From Chrysomallon squamiferum (lineage: Eukaryota; Animalia; Mollusca): DNA of 64,000 bases. Numbering within the stretch: the first letter of the stretch is position 1; each line of letters begins with the position of its first letter. The notes under the pieces are model-generated. The model did no database searches, was not told where the DNA came from, and saw only the letters and a list, made by a program, of their open reading frames with translations. Location: assembly GCA_012295275.1 (NCBI GenBank), contig CM022675.1, positions 16,554,001-16,618,000 on the forward strand. The letters are read 5' to 3'. The position numbers and the translations under genes are program-made. Shown one piece after another: positions 19,300 through 33,500 of this stretch.

Positions 19300-22200
19300 G
19301 GTTTCATCACAAACTCTTCATTTTTTCTGTTCACTCTGGTGTCAACTTAATTATTTTTATTCTTATTTTTTTCTTTATCAGGTCAGTTCTTGGTAACTGA
19401 GCAGCTGACATTTGTTAATGCAGACAAAAATTGATAGTTTGCCTTTGTTTGAGAGTTTTTAAAATTGAAGATTGAGAATGAAGACTTGTTAGTTTTTCTA
19501 ACACTTGAAGAATGGACTTTTATGCTAGGTCACAAATTATATGTGTTTAGAAACTTTGAGATAAAAGATGGGTTGGTGAGCTGTTTTGTTAAACTGTTGA
19601 ACCTGTAATGACCTTTCATTTCACACAGCTTGTAACTCTGCTTTCTTTGATATCACTGGACTTTATACTGGGTTGGGGGAGATAGTTTTGGTAATGACAA
19701 AGAACGATATGTATGGAGAGAGACAAGTAGTAGTGATAATATTTTTTTTATAACTTGTAATCAGGCTTTGTACAATGTGTATCGTGGATTAAGTAGTATT
19801 TATTTGTTACTTTGTTGATCAATTTTGATATTACAGACATGTCAGATTAATGCATTGTAATCATATTTTTTTTATTTTTGACTGTTAAAATATTTTGAGG
19901 ATGGGTTGTCAGTGAAAAGGGCACATTGGTTACTATACACTGTTTTAATATTTTCAAACTGAGTGTCATTGTTTTATTTTAGTGTGCAAATTTTTAAGGT
20001 AGATGTAAATATGTCATCTACATTCAGCTACATTATCTTTGAAGTAAACTCAGTATCTTTTGTCTTTTAAATATTAAAATTTTATATATATTAAATACTT
20101 GTAAGGGCAGTATACCAATTTTTAGACTTCATGTTTATCATGTAACAAAATATCATTTTAATGAAGTCTTTCAGAATAGCTTTAAAAGTATTTTAGCTTT
20201 TTCTGTAACGGCATATATTTATACGTTGTATAGGGCTGTATTTTAACACTGTGATTTTAACAATGATCTTTTTATCAAAAACAGCAGTAAAATGAAGTTA
20301 TCTCAGGTGATTGAAATGGAAAGTTAACAGGATACACACAAAACAGTGATAATATATCTAATAAGTAAAGAGAAAATTAATAATTTCTTACTGAAATTAT
20401 CATTTTGTACTTCAGTTCTAAATTAATATGCATCAATCATCAAAAAAATGAAATGAGTGAAATGTACAGATTTTTATAAAATATTGGGCTTAAAAAGAAT
20501 AAAGATTTGGATTCATAATTGTCAGTTTTGAAACATCATGAATGAAACAAAAATTGTTCAGTTAAAGAATACTTTAATGAATTATATACAGTGTTTTACT
20601 ATGGGCAGCTATTTTCTTATTCTGAAACTGTTATGCAAATTAAGCATTTAAAGATGCATTCAACAAAGAGCAGACTCTTTTCTTCTTCTGTTTTTTTTAA
20701 TTGTGTTAGTTTAAATGTGCTATTTACTTAGATAAACTTTACTTTGACAATGAATTTCTGCAGGATTAAACAGGCTGGATCTTTTCTCATAATAATAAAT
20801 GTTTGTTGTTAATCTACACCCACTTTTCTAGTCTGTTTTTCACATCTTCTGTTACTTTACTTCACAGTCCAACATCATCTTGTATGTGACAAGCAGTTTG
20901 ATTTTGATAATGTTAGTCTTGTCTTTTTGGAGAGAATGAGAGAGGAGATATTGAGCTGGTATGTTACTAAGAAAAGGACGTTATATTTTAAATCTTGTAT
21001 TTTGAAGAGGGTTTTTATTTTTAAATGCTATCCGTATTAAGCAGTATCATTCCTGTGTTTGTCAATCAAACATAGAAACAAAAATATGTCTAGTGATGTT
21101 ACATAAACACGTGTAGAAATAAGTAGTAGGTCCTTGTTGTTGCTGTACATACATTATGCTGAATTGAAATGTCACGTCTGGTACAGATAAATTAATAACT
21201 TTTTTTGTTTTCTTTTTATTCTTTAAATAGGATATAAAATACTAATGTGTAAATAGCCTGTATATAATGATGTGAAATTGTTGTTTCACCTACACCATGC
21301 AAAATGAGTAGTTATAACTGTAATAAACAAACTGGCATGTTGAGATTTTTTTTTTTTTTTTTTTTATTATGATTTTTTTGAAATTATTTTGTGGCAGCAG
21401 ATTTGTTCTATCTATATATGCATACAGAAGGGAAGTGTTGGAAACATCTGAAACGTGTGTGCTCACTGGTACCAGAGAATTAAGAATCTTAAAGAAAAAT
21501 GTCAAATTATTAGGCAATCTGGTACATTTTGCTTTTTTTGAACAAAGTGTTAAGGTTGTAAATTCCATAATATAACAAGTTTTGTTGAGCATTTCTTTTC
21601 ATTGACTCTGGACCATCTGTTTCAGAAATTCATGTATTTCTTAAATATAGTAATTCTAGCTCTGATCTGTTTAAGAAAGATTTCACATTGCCAAATCCAT
21701 TTTCACAGTCAAGTCTTTGGAGCCAGTTTATGATCTGCAGGAAAAGAATTGTGCACTGTTTGTCCTTTACATTGTTTTTATCTCAACAGCTTCTCTCTGG
21801 GTTCATTGTTAGCATTTCTGGCTTGTTTAATATATGCATTGTTGTGTTACGGGTCACCCATAATTTATAAACATATTTATGATCATCTTTTGTGTTAACA
21901 CATCCTATACACACTGAGAATTTTTTTGTTGTTGAAATATACACTAACCAGTGATAATCAATGTTAATACATTTTGTCTGCTCATATAGGCAGAATAAAC
22001 CAATCTTCCTGTCTTCTGCACCGTAGAATGAAAATCAGAATTGCCTATTTAACATATAGATATTTCATTCTTTTCAGCCATTTTATATACTGTTAAATTA
22101 TTCATTCACTAAGTAGAAACCATTTAAACAATATTTATTCACGAGATTAATTTTAATTTTTGTTCTGCTTGTATTCTTCCATACTCTTTAACATTAGAAA

Positions 22201-22685
22201 CTAAACAATTTATATTATTCCACATTCTGAATATTAAAAAGTATTATTTTAAATGCATACTTTAACAGCTCGTCTATTTTATTATCTTTGAGTAGTTTAA
22301 AAGACTAATTTGAATATTTTATTTTGGTAGGATTAATTTTAATCTCTTCAGCATTTGTAATCTTACCTTTTAAGTGTATGAAAAGTTGTTTTATTTAGAG
22401 TGAAATGATTTTATTATTCAGAAAACAGTAGACTGTGTTAATTTGTCCCATGTAGAAATTTCAGTTTGGTTGTCAGAGTAAGTTACTCATCCAACAAGAA
22501 GTTAAACATTTTTGTAAATTGTCAAATACATTTTATGCATTGTTTTTCTTTTGTAAATAATAATACCTTATTGCATGTTATTTATACTCCTAATTAGATG
22601 TGTTGGTTTATATCAGACCTGTACTACTGAAACTGCAAACTATGCTCTCTGTTACCTAGTTTATCTTCTCTCTCTTAAGGTTTAT

Positions 22686-22732
<47 letters not shown>

Positions 22733-23809
22733 TAACAAATCAACTAACAATCAGGGATATTTTATTCAGGTTATTTTGATATTTTTAATATTAACGAACT
22801 GTCATAGATCATAGTTAAAATATTTTAGAAACATTTGTGAACCTTGCAGAATGTCTGAAAAAAGTAATTAGGAATTTAAAACAAATTTAAACTGTTTATG
22901 GTAAATTTTGAAATAAAAATACTTTTGTTATATTTAATCATAAAATATTAGATGATATTAAAGACGTAAGGCATATATTTTATCTAAATGTTTGAAATAT
23001 ACTTTTATTTTAAATAGTTTTTCTTGTTGGCTGTTTTTTAGTCATGCAGACTTCATTTGTTAAACACGTACACAAGTATGTACACACACAAAACACTTTT
23101 ACGAATACATTTTCATCATATTTCATTATCATTCATTGTCATTCTTGATTGCAGATGATTTTCTGTGAAATGGGAGATTTTTATTTTTGATACAACAGGT
23201 AATATCTGCAGTCAGGCTGTATGTTGGATATATCCTAACATAACACTGTGAATTATCATTGCATTTGTCATCAGTGTTAACTGTTTGTGGCATAAATAAC
23301 TCACTTGTTGCTTGTTACGTTATTTAGGAACATGTCCATATTTACCAGTCATTTCAGTTCCTTACAAGCCAAGTTAATTCTTTAGAATAATTAACTGAAA
23401 CCACAAATCATTTTTAATATTTATTCTTTTAATTAGGTATAAAATTAATTTTTATTATTAACTATTATAATTTTCTAACATTAATTTAAGGATTTCTTTT
23501 TTTTCTCTCTCTCTCTTCAAAGTTTTATCATATTAAGATAGTAAGTTTTCAGTATAATACAGAGAAATAAATAAGTATGTGTAGTAGCATTTGGAACAAA
23601 AATCCAGATTTTTATACCTGTTAAGTGATACTGAATCCAGGGGCTATTAAAGTGGGAAGGGTGGGGGTAGGGGGTGGCCACAAATCCCCCTGTTGTTGGC
23701 CTTTGATGCTGTTGGCATCTTGTCTGATGTGCAGCTACATCTACTATTGTGAGCAGGTATCTCAATAGCTTATACATGTTGTGTATTGTAGATGTCATCA
23801 GTGTTTGTT

Positions 23810-23850
23810 AATAAAATCAATCTGTATTCCCTTTGTGTTACGTTTTTATT
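23810..23850 (+). terminator. Candidate distal polyadenylation signal of ACVR2
   Basis: AATAAA at 23810-23815 followed by T/GT-rich sequence; the + strand is T-rich upstream and becomes A-rich downstream. Confidence 0.35.
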
Positions 23851-25890
23851 TCTCACTTAACTCTGTGTACACCACTGTCAGTTCTATTAAACATTTTATA
23901 TAGAAGATTTTAGATGAAAAAATTAATTTAATTAGTACAAGTTACACATCAATAAAAACAAAACGTGGAAAGATGGCCTATACTTAAAAAAACAGATTTG
24001 ACATATTTGTAGAAATTCAAATTATGTATTTACCAGATAACAAGTTTTATTAGTTTCGGTTGACAGATTTCTCTTGATTATTCACTTGTTCTGAGTGGTA
24101 ATTTATACATTTCAGTCAAAATATCCCTTTTATAAGCATAATAAACACAAATGTTTAATACCATCCCAGTCTTGCAACACCAGGTTTTTCAGTGATTGTG
24201 GGAAGGTCAGTGTAAAACACTTTTCTGCTAACTGTTACAGCAGTATTTTCCTTTTGCATGTATTATGTGACATTTTTAACAACAACCATTGCCATTACAT
24301 TTTCAGTAACTTACACTGAAAACATCAAAACTAATATTTAATGTTTAAACAGAAACATGTTTTTCAGTCTGATTCTAGACAGGAAATGGATTAACTCATT
24401 TGTTACATGTCACAGCAGTAAAATAACAGCAGTATTCTTCAAAATTTACAATAATAAAAACATTTTTTTTCTTTTTAAAATGCCAATGTCTGACAATAAT
24501 CCTAATTTCTACTGTGATCAACAGCTTCATTTATATAATTTAACAAAAATAAAATTTAATATACATTACAAAGAATAAATAACATTTAGATTTTTAAATC
24601 TTTTATTTATTATATTTTACTAATACTGAATGAAGTCGTAGCTGCACCAGCTAAGTATTAAATAACAAGATGCAGCACATTTAGCCTGAGTGAAAACTAC
24701 TGAAACGGCAGATGTCAGAAAACAAATAATAACAAAACTGCAGTGTATTAAGAATTTCTTGAAAAATTCAGTGATGACATTTTGTACAAAGTAAGAATTT
24801 TAAAATTAAAATCGGTAACACAAAAAACATTACTGGTCAAATACTGATGGTCAGATTGTGTTGTTTCTTATAATGGTCCTTTTATAAAAATTAACAAAAT
24901 GGTTATTTAAATAACTGGTTTTTGTCAACAAAATTCTATATTTGAAGTTTTGGAAATTCTTTTGTTTTAAGAATCTATTTCTTCCTAACATGATAAAACG
25001 TGTGGTTCTTTCTTTCACAGTTCATTGTATTGAATCAAAGATAAAAGTGATATATTTTCATGTATCAAAATAACAAAAATATTAAATATTTGTTATAAAC
25101 AGGACATACAGACATAAAGTATTGCACAAAAAAAGTACTCAACATTTGTTTTGTCAATTTTAAACGAGATTGTAAAAATCCATGAAAAAAACCAACAAAG
25201 AACTAAAAAAAAACCTACATAAAACTATAAATCAAAACCATTTCATTTAATTTGCAAAAGTACTTTTATATTGGCCTCTTGAATGAAAACATGATCAGAT
25301 GTTTTGAAATTCTAACCTGATACTTTTGGTTTTGTTTTTTCTAGTGACTATTCAAAATACACTGGAAACAAATCACAATTCATTTTTTTTCTTCTTTTTT
25401 TTAAAATATAAAGAAAAAAAGTGATGTAAAATATAAAACAACCAGATCATGATTTCAATATTGTTAAAAAAATAAGAGAAAGAGTATGTCACAGGAAAAT
25501 ATGTTGAATTCTGTAAAATAATAATCATGATGGGAAAAATTAAAAATTAAAAATGACATATTTTTATATTTACAGAATTAAATGTATTTTAGAGTTCTTT
25601 TTATCAAAATTGATAATCTAGTTTACTTTATTTAACACAATTGCTAAGGCAACCAGGTTATAATTTGGTTTAGTTTATTTTGCCCTAAATATTTTTCAAA
25701 CAAATCTCCAATAATTAAAATGAGAAACATAAATGGTGACTTCCTGTTTTCATGTAACAAAACAATCTTGTTCTTCCTACACACTAAATTTGTTCACTTC
25801 CTTGATTTGAGACCAGCCTAACATACATCACATCAGAGAAAATTACATTTTGTTTTCAAATTCAGTCATATACACGTGTGAAATTCCTTC

Positions 25891-25893
<3 letters not shown>

Positions 25894-25930
<37 letters not shown>
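25894..25930. repeat. (AT)n microsatellite
   Basis: Directly visible. Confidence 0.95.
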
Positions 25931-25934
<4 letters not shown>

Positions 25935-26280
25935 TTTGTCACATTAAAATCTATTAGGCTCAAAAAGCAAAATGGCTGCAACATATTATGGAACATCGGA
26001 CAACATAGCTGGTGTTGTCAATGAAAATGAACAGTTAACTGATGGTACGAGTCAAAATATATAAATATGTTTAAAACCAGGAACAGTGACTTAAGAAGAT
26101 ATGTAGATATTTGGCACATCTTATTTAAATTCTAACACTATAACAAAGCAACAGCTAGAAATTAAAGTATAAAAAAATTTCAATAAATTTGAATGAAAAA
26201 CAAAAAGCTTAAAATATTGCATAGAGAATGTAGAATGTTTCTGAGTCAAGATTTTTATATATTTATTTTGTTTAGTATTG

Positions 26281-26282
<2 letters not shown>

Positions 26283-26325
<43 letters not shown>

Positions 26326-26343
26326 CATCATTATCATTATTAT
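26283..26343. repeat. (ATT)n microsatellite
   Basis: Directly visible; source of the poly-Leu and poly-Ile ORFs. Confidence 0.95.
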
Positions 26344-27868
26344 GTAAAAATAACAAAGAATCATACAGTTTTCATTCAAACTCCATTGCAATAAAATACA
26401 CCTGGCTATTGTAATGCATAAAGGCAATTTTACAATTTTATACATTTTTGTTTGCACACTGTGAAATTAGCACTGTAAACACACTGACGTATACTGGAGT
26501 AAACTAGTCCGTGTTTTAAAGCAAAGAATGGATTTACACAGATCTCCCTGCACTAGAGTCAAACCAACAAACATCTGTTTAGCAAAAAACAAACAAAAAA
26601 AAAACAACACATAAAATACAAAAAAAAAACAAAAAACAGTACAGGATGAAATAAATAATAATATTTTCAAAAAAAAAAAAAAAATAAATAAATAAAAATA
26701 AAAATCTGGATAAAAAACTAATTAAAAGTTTATTTTTTTAACATTTTTGTCAAATTCAGATATTTAAAGGGGTTATTAATTTACCTAATTATAAACATTT
26801 CTTTTCAAAGTTTTTACTGGTAACAGATACTATAAACATGTACCAAGCTGCCAAACAACTGAAGCAAATAAACAGCTCACTAACATAACAACTCACATTT
26901 GTACTTCCTGTCGTGCTTAACTTTATAAAATCAAAAACATTTCTCATTGATTGATGCACATCACAAGATTTAGGATTCTGAAATATATGATTTCAATAAA
27001 AGAAAAAAAAAATTATAAAAAGAAATATGACAAAAGCAGCACAATGCATTACCCTTTTGTATCCTAACATATGGTCCATTGCAAAATTCAATCTTTCAGA
27101 AATATTTTTAATGAATGAAATGAAAAATAGAGAAAACATTTTAAAGAATGTCATTAAACTAAAAATGTTTTATAAAGTTGAGTATAGATAAAAAAAACTA
27201 TTTAATACTGGTCCCAGACAGGTCTGCTGACTAATTTGTTACAAATATTTTTAACTGAGGTAAAGTTGATTTCTAACAGAAATATTGTTATCATGATACT
27301 AAAAAAATTATATATATAATTACTAAAAAAAAGGAAAGAAAAGAAGATAAATCAAACAAACAAATAATAATAATAATAATTAAAAATATTAATAAATCAA
27401 TACAGGTATTTATTTAAATATTTCAAATAAAAAAAAAGAAAACGCTCCCAACATAATAAAAAGTATTTTGCATGGATTCAATGTTTTAAATATAGTAAGC
27501 ACAATAAAAAATATTAGTAACAAAAACTTGATATATGCATTTTGTGCTGGTTTCTTTTCTAATATAGTCCTAGCTAACTCTTATACATGTATAATCAGAC
27601 TACCTACCTATTACTGTGGTTTTTATATTTTACATTAACTCGTTTTACATTTATGTAAACTGTTATCTATATTATATTAACTATTTCTTAATTACATCAG
27701 ATTTTTATAACAATGTATACAAACTAATTTTTATATTTCTTAAATATACATCAATTTGTAAATTTTTTTTTTTACCTAAATTTTTATGTATACTACTTTT
27801 TCTTAATTATATTTACATAACTAATTTTTCTATTAAATTTACATCAACTTATTTTGATTATTTCTTAC

Positions 27869-28175
27869 ATTATCAATATTTACTACATTTCACCTAAATC
27901 ATTTTAACACTTATTATCAATATTTACTACATTTCACCTAAATCATTTTAACACTTATTATCAATATTTACTACATTTCACCTAAATCATTTTAACACTT
28001 ATTATCAATATTTACTACATTTCACCTAAATCATTTTAACACTTATTATCAATATTTATTATTTTTCACCTAAAACATTTTAACACTTATTATCAATATT
28101 TACTACATTTCACCTAAATCATTTTAACACTTATTATCAATATTTATTATTTTTCACCTAAAACATTTTAACACT
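27869..28175. repeat. 44-bp minisatellite, ~7 copies, two sequence variants
   Basis: TATCAATATTTACTACATTTCACCTAAATCATTTTAACACTTAT at 27871, 27915 and onward. Confidence 0.95.
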
Positions 28176-29719
28176 TTTTGTTTTACATCAGTTACAAACT
28201 GGCATATAACATGATGACTCATTACAAAATGTATCACATATATTCCTAGAGATTTCTAAATTTCTATCAACAGTTTCAGTTTGACTCTTCCACCCGTTAA
28301 AATAAAATTATTATTAACAACAGTAAAACTCCTTTAAATTCAACTAAGTCACAAAAGCTTGTTTCTCATTAAAAGGATTGTATACTTAAATATTTTTAAA
28401 CATGTTCTCATAAGAAATAAATCTGTGATGTTACGTCACTGTCAGTATTTGCTAACATCTCTCCAACCAACAATGTAAAAAGATCTTATTGTAAAATCTT
28501 ATACGAGCCTCTTTTTAGCCAATCCTTATACTGATTATAAAGGTTGACAGTACTTTATTAACAGTTCATAAAGCTGTGAGTTTACTGAAACTGATTAAAA
28601 CATTTTTCTTAATCAACTGATGTGTGAAAAGTAAAATCTGCTGCCCACAAATTTAACGTCAGAGAATTTCTCAGACGAACTGAAGACTAGAAAGTAAAAA
28701 TGCTTTGTTTAATGACACACAGAAATTAGCAGTGTGAGGATGGTTACTAACAGGTGATACATTACATTATTTAGTCAACACTGGTTGAAGAAAACACAGA
28801 TGAGATGTAGAGGGTGAAAACACACATGACAGGAAGTATTTTGGCAAACATTTTTGTATATTTTGGCTATAGTGTCCAGTTACCATTGAAAAAAGATAAC
28901 ATTAAAAATAAAATACATTCTGGATATTAATTTGTAGGTTTACATTTTTGTGTTAAGAAAAGTATTAAATTTGTATGTAAGTTAGGCAGATGAACTCTTG
29001 ATATCACATTTATGATAGACAAAATCTGTGTGTAGATTCATAATTTTAAACACTTAGAGCTTAACCATGATGGGTCCATTGTCTTGGATTAAGAAAAATC
29101 AGAGCTAAATATTTTCCAATAATCTGTAAAATAAGATTTATAAGCATTTTGACAATTACACTGCATTTCTGATACTGAGCCAACAATTTACACTGCAGTA
29201 AAAAACACATCCAATGAGCTAAAATACAGGATAACAGAAGAATGTTTTAAAGTATGCCTTTAAAGATACAATACAAATAGCAAATTACTGTTTTGTTTGT
29301 GGCAACCATTCTTTACCAAGAGTAAAGCATAAATGTTTTACACTGACTGATCAATTAAAGCTCTATTGTACCTGAGAAAATTTTCTCTATTATTACCTTG
29401 ACATGACTGTACATTATTCATCTACACTCTAGCCTTACTAGATTATCTGATGACTTTTCTTTTTCTTTTATCTCAGTGTTATTTCATCATAAAATACAAC
29501 AACAAAAGTAAATAAAAATAAATAAATAAAATAAAAAATAAAATAAAGTAAAGAACAGATACATGCAGACAGAATAAATGTTTGCAGAGGATTTTTTCAT
29601 AAATTAGTTTTTGTCTAATTAAGTAGAAAATGAGATCACCATTTTTATGCATCACTGTAAACTTGTTATTTTATTATTGTGCTTTATTATTAACAGAAAC
29701 TGGTCACCACAAACAAAAC

Positions 29720-30015
29720 ACAATTATACTGAGGATTCATTAATATTATAGTTGGGATAATATTGACATTACACTGAGGACACATTAACATTGAGGATAT
29801 GTTGACATTACATTCAAGATTAAACTTGCATTAAGGATACATTAGTTTTTGAATTCAAGATGTTGGCATTAAGATCAGGATAGTTATGAAATGTATTCAG
29901 GATAACTTAACATTACATTCAGGGTATATTAACACTGGATTAATATTTAAATTCAAGGTACTGGGATTTTCATGAAGTGTATTCAGGATACATTATAATA
30001 ACATTCAGGATATAA
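29720..30015. repeat. Degenerate ~20-bp tandem repeat downstream of the LMBR1 stop
   Basis: Recurrent ACATT...(T/C)GAGGATA / TTCAGGATA motifs. Confidence 0.55.
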
Positions 30016-30350
30016 ATGTTTATTTCAAATGTAATATATTTATGGTTTTACTATAATGACATGACTTCAGTTGATATGTAATATTTGTTTCATGTTTTCA
30101 ACACAAAAACCATGTAAAAAAGCCCTATAACTATAAATAAATATGAACAAGCCCCAAACCAATAACCAAGGCTGAATGTATAAACCAAAAAAAAAAAAAA
30201 ATGAATGACAATGTAAGTAGCTTGATCATTTTACAAAATTTCAAAATTTGTTCTACACCATTGTTTATATTTACTTAATTCACCGCAGTCTAACAAGCAC
30301 ATTTAATGTTTTCACATAACATTCAGGAAATTGTTAAAAGTCTCTATAAT

Positions 30351-30559
30351 TCTTTCTTCTTTCCATCATACTTCATTTTAATACTTTCACTTTTCATAAT
30401 ACTTCATTCTTCTTTGAATCACACTTCATTCTTCTCTCAATCACAATTTGTTCTTTCTGTTAACACTATTTTTCAACATCATTCTTTCAATCATACTAAA
30501 TCATTCTCTCATTCACACTTCATTGTTCTTTCTATCATACATCATTCTTCTTTCCATCC
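30351..30559 (-). repeat. Degenerate ~23-bp tandem repeat whose first unit is the LMBR1 terminal codons and stop
   Basis: Minus strand GATGGAAAGAAGAATGA (W-K-E-E-stop) is followed by GATAGAAAGAACAATGA, GATTGAGAGAAGAATGA, GATTCAAAGAAGAATGA, GATGGAAAGAAGAAAGA. Confidence 0.75.
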
Positions 30560-33500
30560 ACTGTTTACGCTGGTGGTTGACGAAGAGGACAGAGTCCGTT
30601 TGTCTCGTTTGAAAGCCATTTTCAGTCTGTCGTAAATCTCGCGCCGGATTGTAGCAGTGAACTTTGTTGTAAGGCCAGCTGCAGTCCCAACAGCAAAGAT
30701 GACATTGTAGAGAAATATAATGTAGAAGTTTCCCAGCCAGTCCATACTGCCAAAGTTACCTATCAAGTCAAAATTTGTAATACCTGCAATTAAAAAGGAA
30801 ATACGATACAATATGCCAAACTTTAATGCATTATAAACTGTAAAATAATACAATACAATGCAATACAATACAATATAATATAATAAATTGAAATGTTTGT
30901 TAATTAAACCCAAAATATTTGACAGACAAATAACTAAAAACATTAAAGACTCACTGAATGTTATTGAAATAATAAATAAAGCTGAATAGAAAACAATTTG
31001 TTGATTAAAACTCATACTGCAGCTGATAAATGAATAAATAAAAATGTGAGACGTACCGAGTGTTTTTGAGAGGATGGGTAACGCTGAGCTGAGGACTAAC
31101 AACACAACACAGTTTCCTATGATTGACACCATCGACGTGTCGTGTTTGCGCGGGTGAAGTCGACAGAACACTGGCAAACTATAAAACCCTACAACTGACG
31201 CAGACATCAAATATCTGTCAGTTGTCAAGGAAATATTAGTTTTAGTTAATATAATATGTTTGAAAAACCAAAAAACCCAGCTTCTTAATTAACTAAAACG
31301 TTGTAAACGAAACTAAAAACAATGAAAGTAATAATTTCATTGTTATGAAAATAATTACCACCTATTGCTAAACAACAATTTTTTATTTAAAAAATAAAAT
31401 TATGTTCATTTTCCTGTAACATTATCATAACTTTCAGTTCAGCTATATACAAAATAAACAAATAAATAGGACTGGTTCTGAAGAAGGATACAATATAAGT
31501 AAAATCTGTACTGCAGCCCCAACAGTTCCAAACATAGACAGTGATGAAATGCCTAAAACTGTATCCTGAAATTACAAACATAGACAGTGATGAAATGCCT
31601 AAAACTGTATCCTGAAATTACAAACATAGACAGTGGTGAAATGCCTACATTGTATACTGAAATTACAAACAGAGACAGTGATGAAATGCCTAAAACTGTA
31701 TCCTGAAATTACAAACATAGACAGTGATGAAATGCCTAAAACTGTATCCTGAAATTACAAACATAGACAGTGATGAAATGCCTAAAACTGTATCCTGAAA
31801 TTACAAACATAGACAGTGATGAAATGCCTAAAACTGTATCCTGAAATTACAAACATAGACAGTGATGAAATGCCTAAAACTGTATCCTGAAATTACAAAC
31901 ACAGACACCATGAAATACCTACATTGTATACTGAAATTACAAACACAGACACCATGAAATGCCTAAAACTGTATCCTGAAATTACAAACACAGACACCAT
32001 GAAATACCTACATTGTATACTGAAATTACAAACACAGACACCATGAAATACCTACATTGTATACTGAAATTACAAACACAGACTTCTTGAAATACCTACA
32101 TTGTATACTGAAATAACAAACAGACTTCATGAAATATCTACATTGTATACTGAAATAACAAACAGACTTCATGAAATATCTACATTGTATACTGAAATTA
32201 CAAACACAGACACCATGAAATATCTACATTGTATACTAAAATAACAAACAGACTTCATGAAATATCTACATTGTATACTGAAATAACAAACAGACTTCAT
32301 GAAATATCTACATTGTATACTGAAATTACAAACACAGACATGATGAAATGTATTCTTAAATAACACAATGAAATGTATTGTTAAATAACAAACACAGACA
32401 TGATGAAATGTCTAGAACTGAATCCTGAACTAACAAAAAAACCCAGACATAATGAAATGCCTAAAGCTATATCCTGAAATAAAACAGACAGTGATGAAAT
32501 CCCTGAAATAACAGAAATGGATGGAATGTGTTAAAACAAATCTTTAAATAACAAACACAATGATGAAATGCCTATCACTGTATAATAAACAATGGTGAAA
32601 TAAATTCACAACAAACAAATTATTTAAATGCATATTAAAACTGAACTGATGATTATCGTTAAATAAAGAAGTTATTTGTGTTGTACTACGTACCTTGGCC
32701 TCAGCGGGAAGAGCTTTGATCCCCACCAGCAACATGACAGTGTTGTGAGCCACTGTCAGAATACAAAACACCTGAGAACAAAAAACAAATCATACAGGAA
32801 GACAGGACTAAGGCAAGAGAAATCAGAAGTAAGAGTGAAGGAAAAAGACAGACAGACAGAAAGTGAATTGACAGGAAGGAGAAAGAGGAGGAATGAAGAG
32901 AATGAAGGGAAAAAAGAGGAAGAAAATAATGGAGAAAATAAATAAAGAAAGAAAAAGAAAACAAATAATGAAATCTAATTTGATTACAGCAGGAATGTTA
33001 ACTGCTACATGCATTAACAGATAATAATAAATAAAATATTTTCAAAATGTTCCTCACTGGCTCTTGAAAGATTATTGTTGTGTGAACTATACTGAAAAAC
33101 AGTATTGCCAAAAATTGATAATTAACACTTACTGTTAAGGCTAGGAGTATCAACATCACTACTGGATAACAGAGATTTCTTCTCAGAGAGGAAACCTTCT
33201 GACGTTTTTCTGAAACACAAAACAAATGATGAAAATAAAAGTAATAAATAACAACAACAGTCAATATAGTGGATTGGAACTAAAGTTGTAGTTTTTTCAG
33301 AATGTTACATTTGAGCAAGTGATTTTGTTCACACAAGACTGAAATATATGACAATCTGAAAGATGAACAAAATGGCACGTATATGGTTGAATAAAACTGT
33401 ACAAACATCTAAATACTGTCTTTGAATTTTAGTAAAAAATGCTATGTAATTTGTCCCCAACAATTAAAACAAAGTCTAAACATGTATTACATAAATACAT

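Noticed and set aside
30542-31228. Single 228-aa ORF as one exon
   Set aside because: It reads through a stop-free 273-nt GT-AG intron (31056-30784) whose translation is low-complexity and non-homologous; in-frame retention is possible but unsupported.
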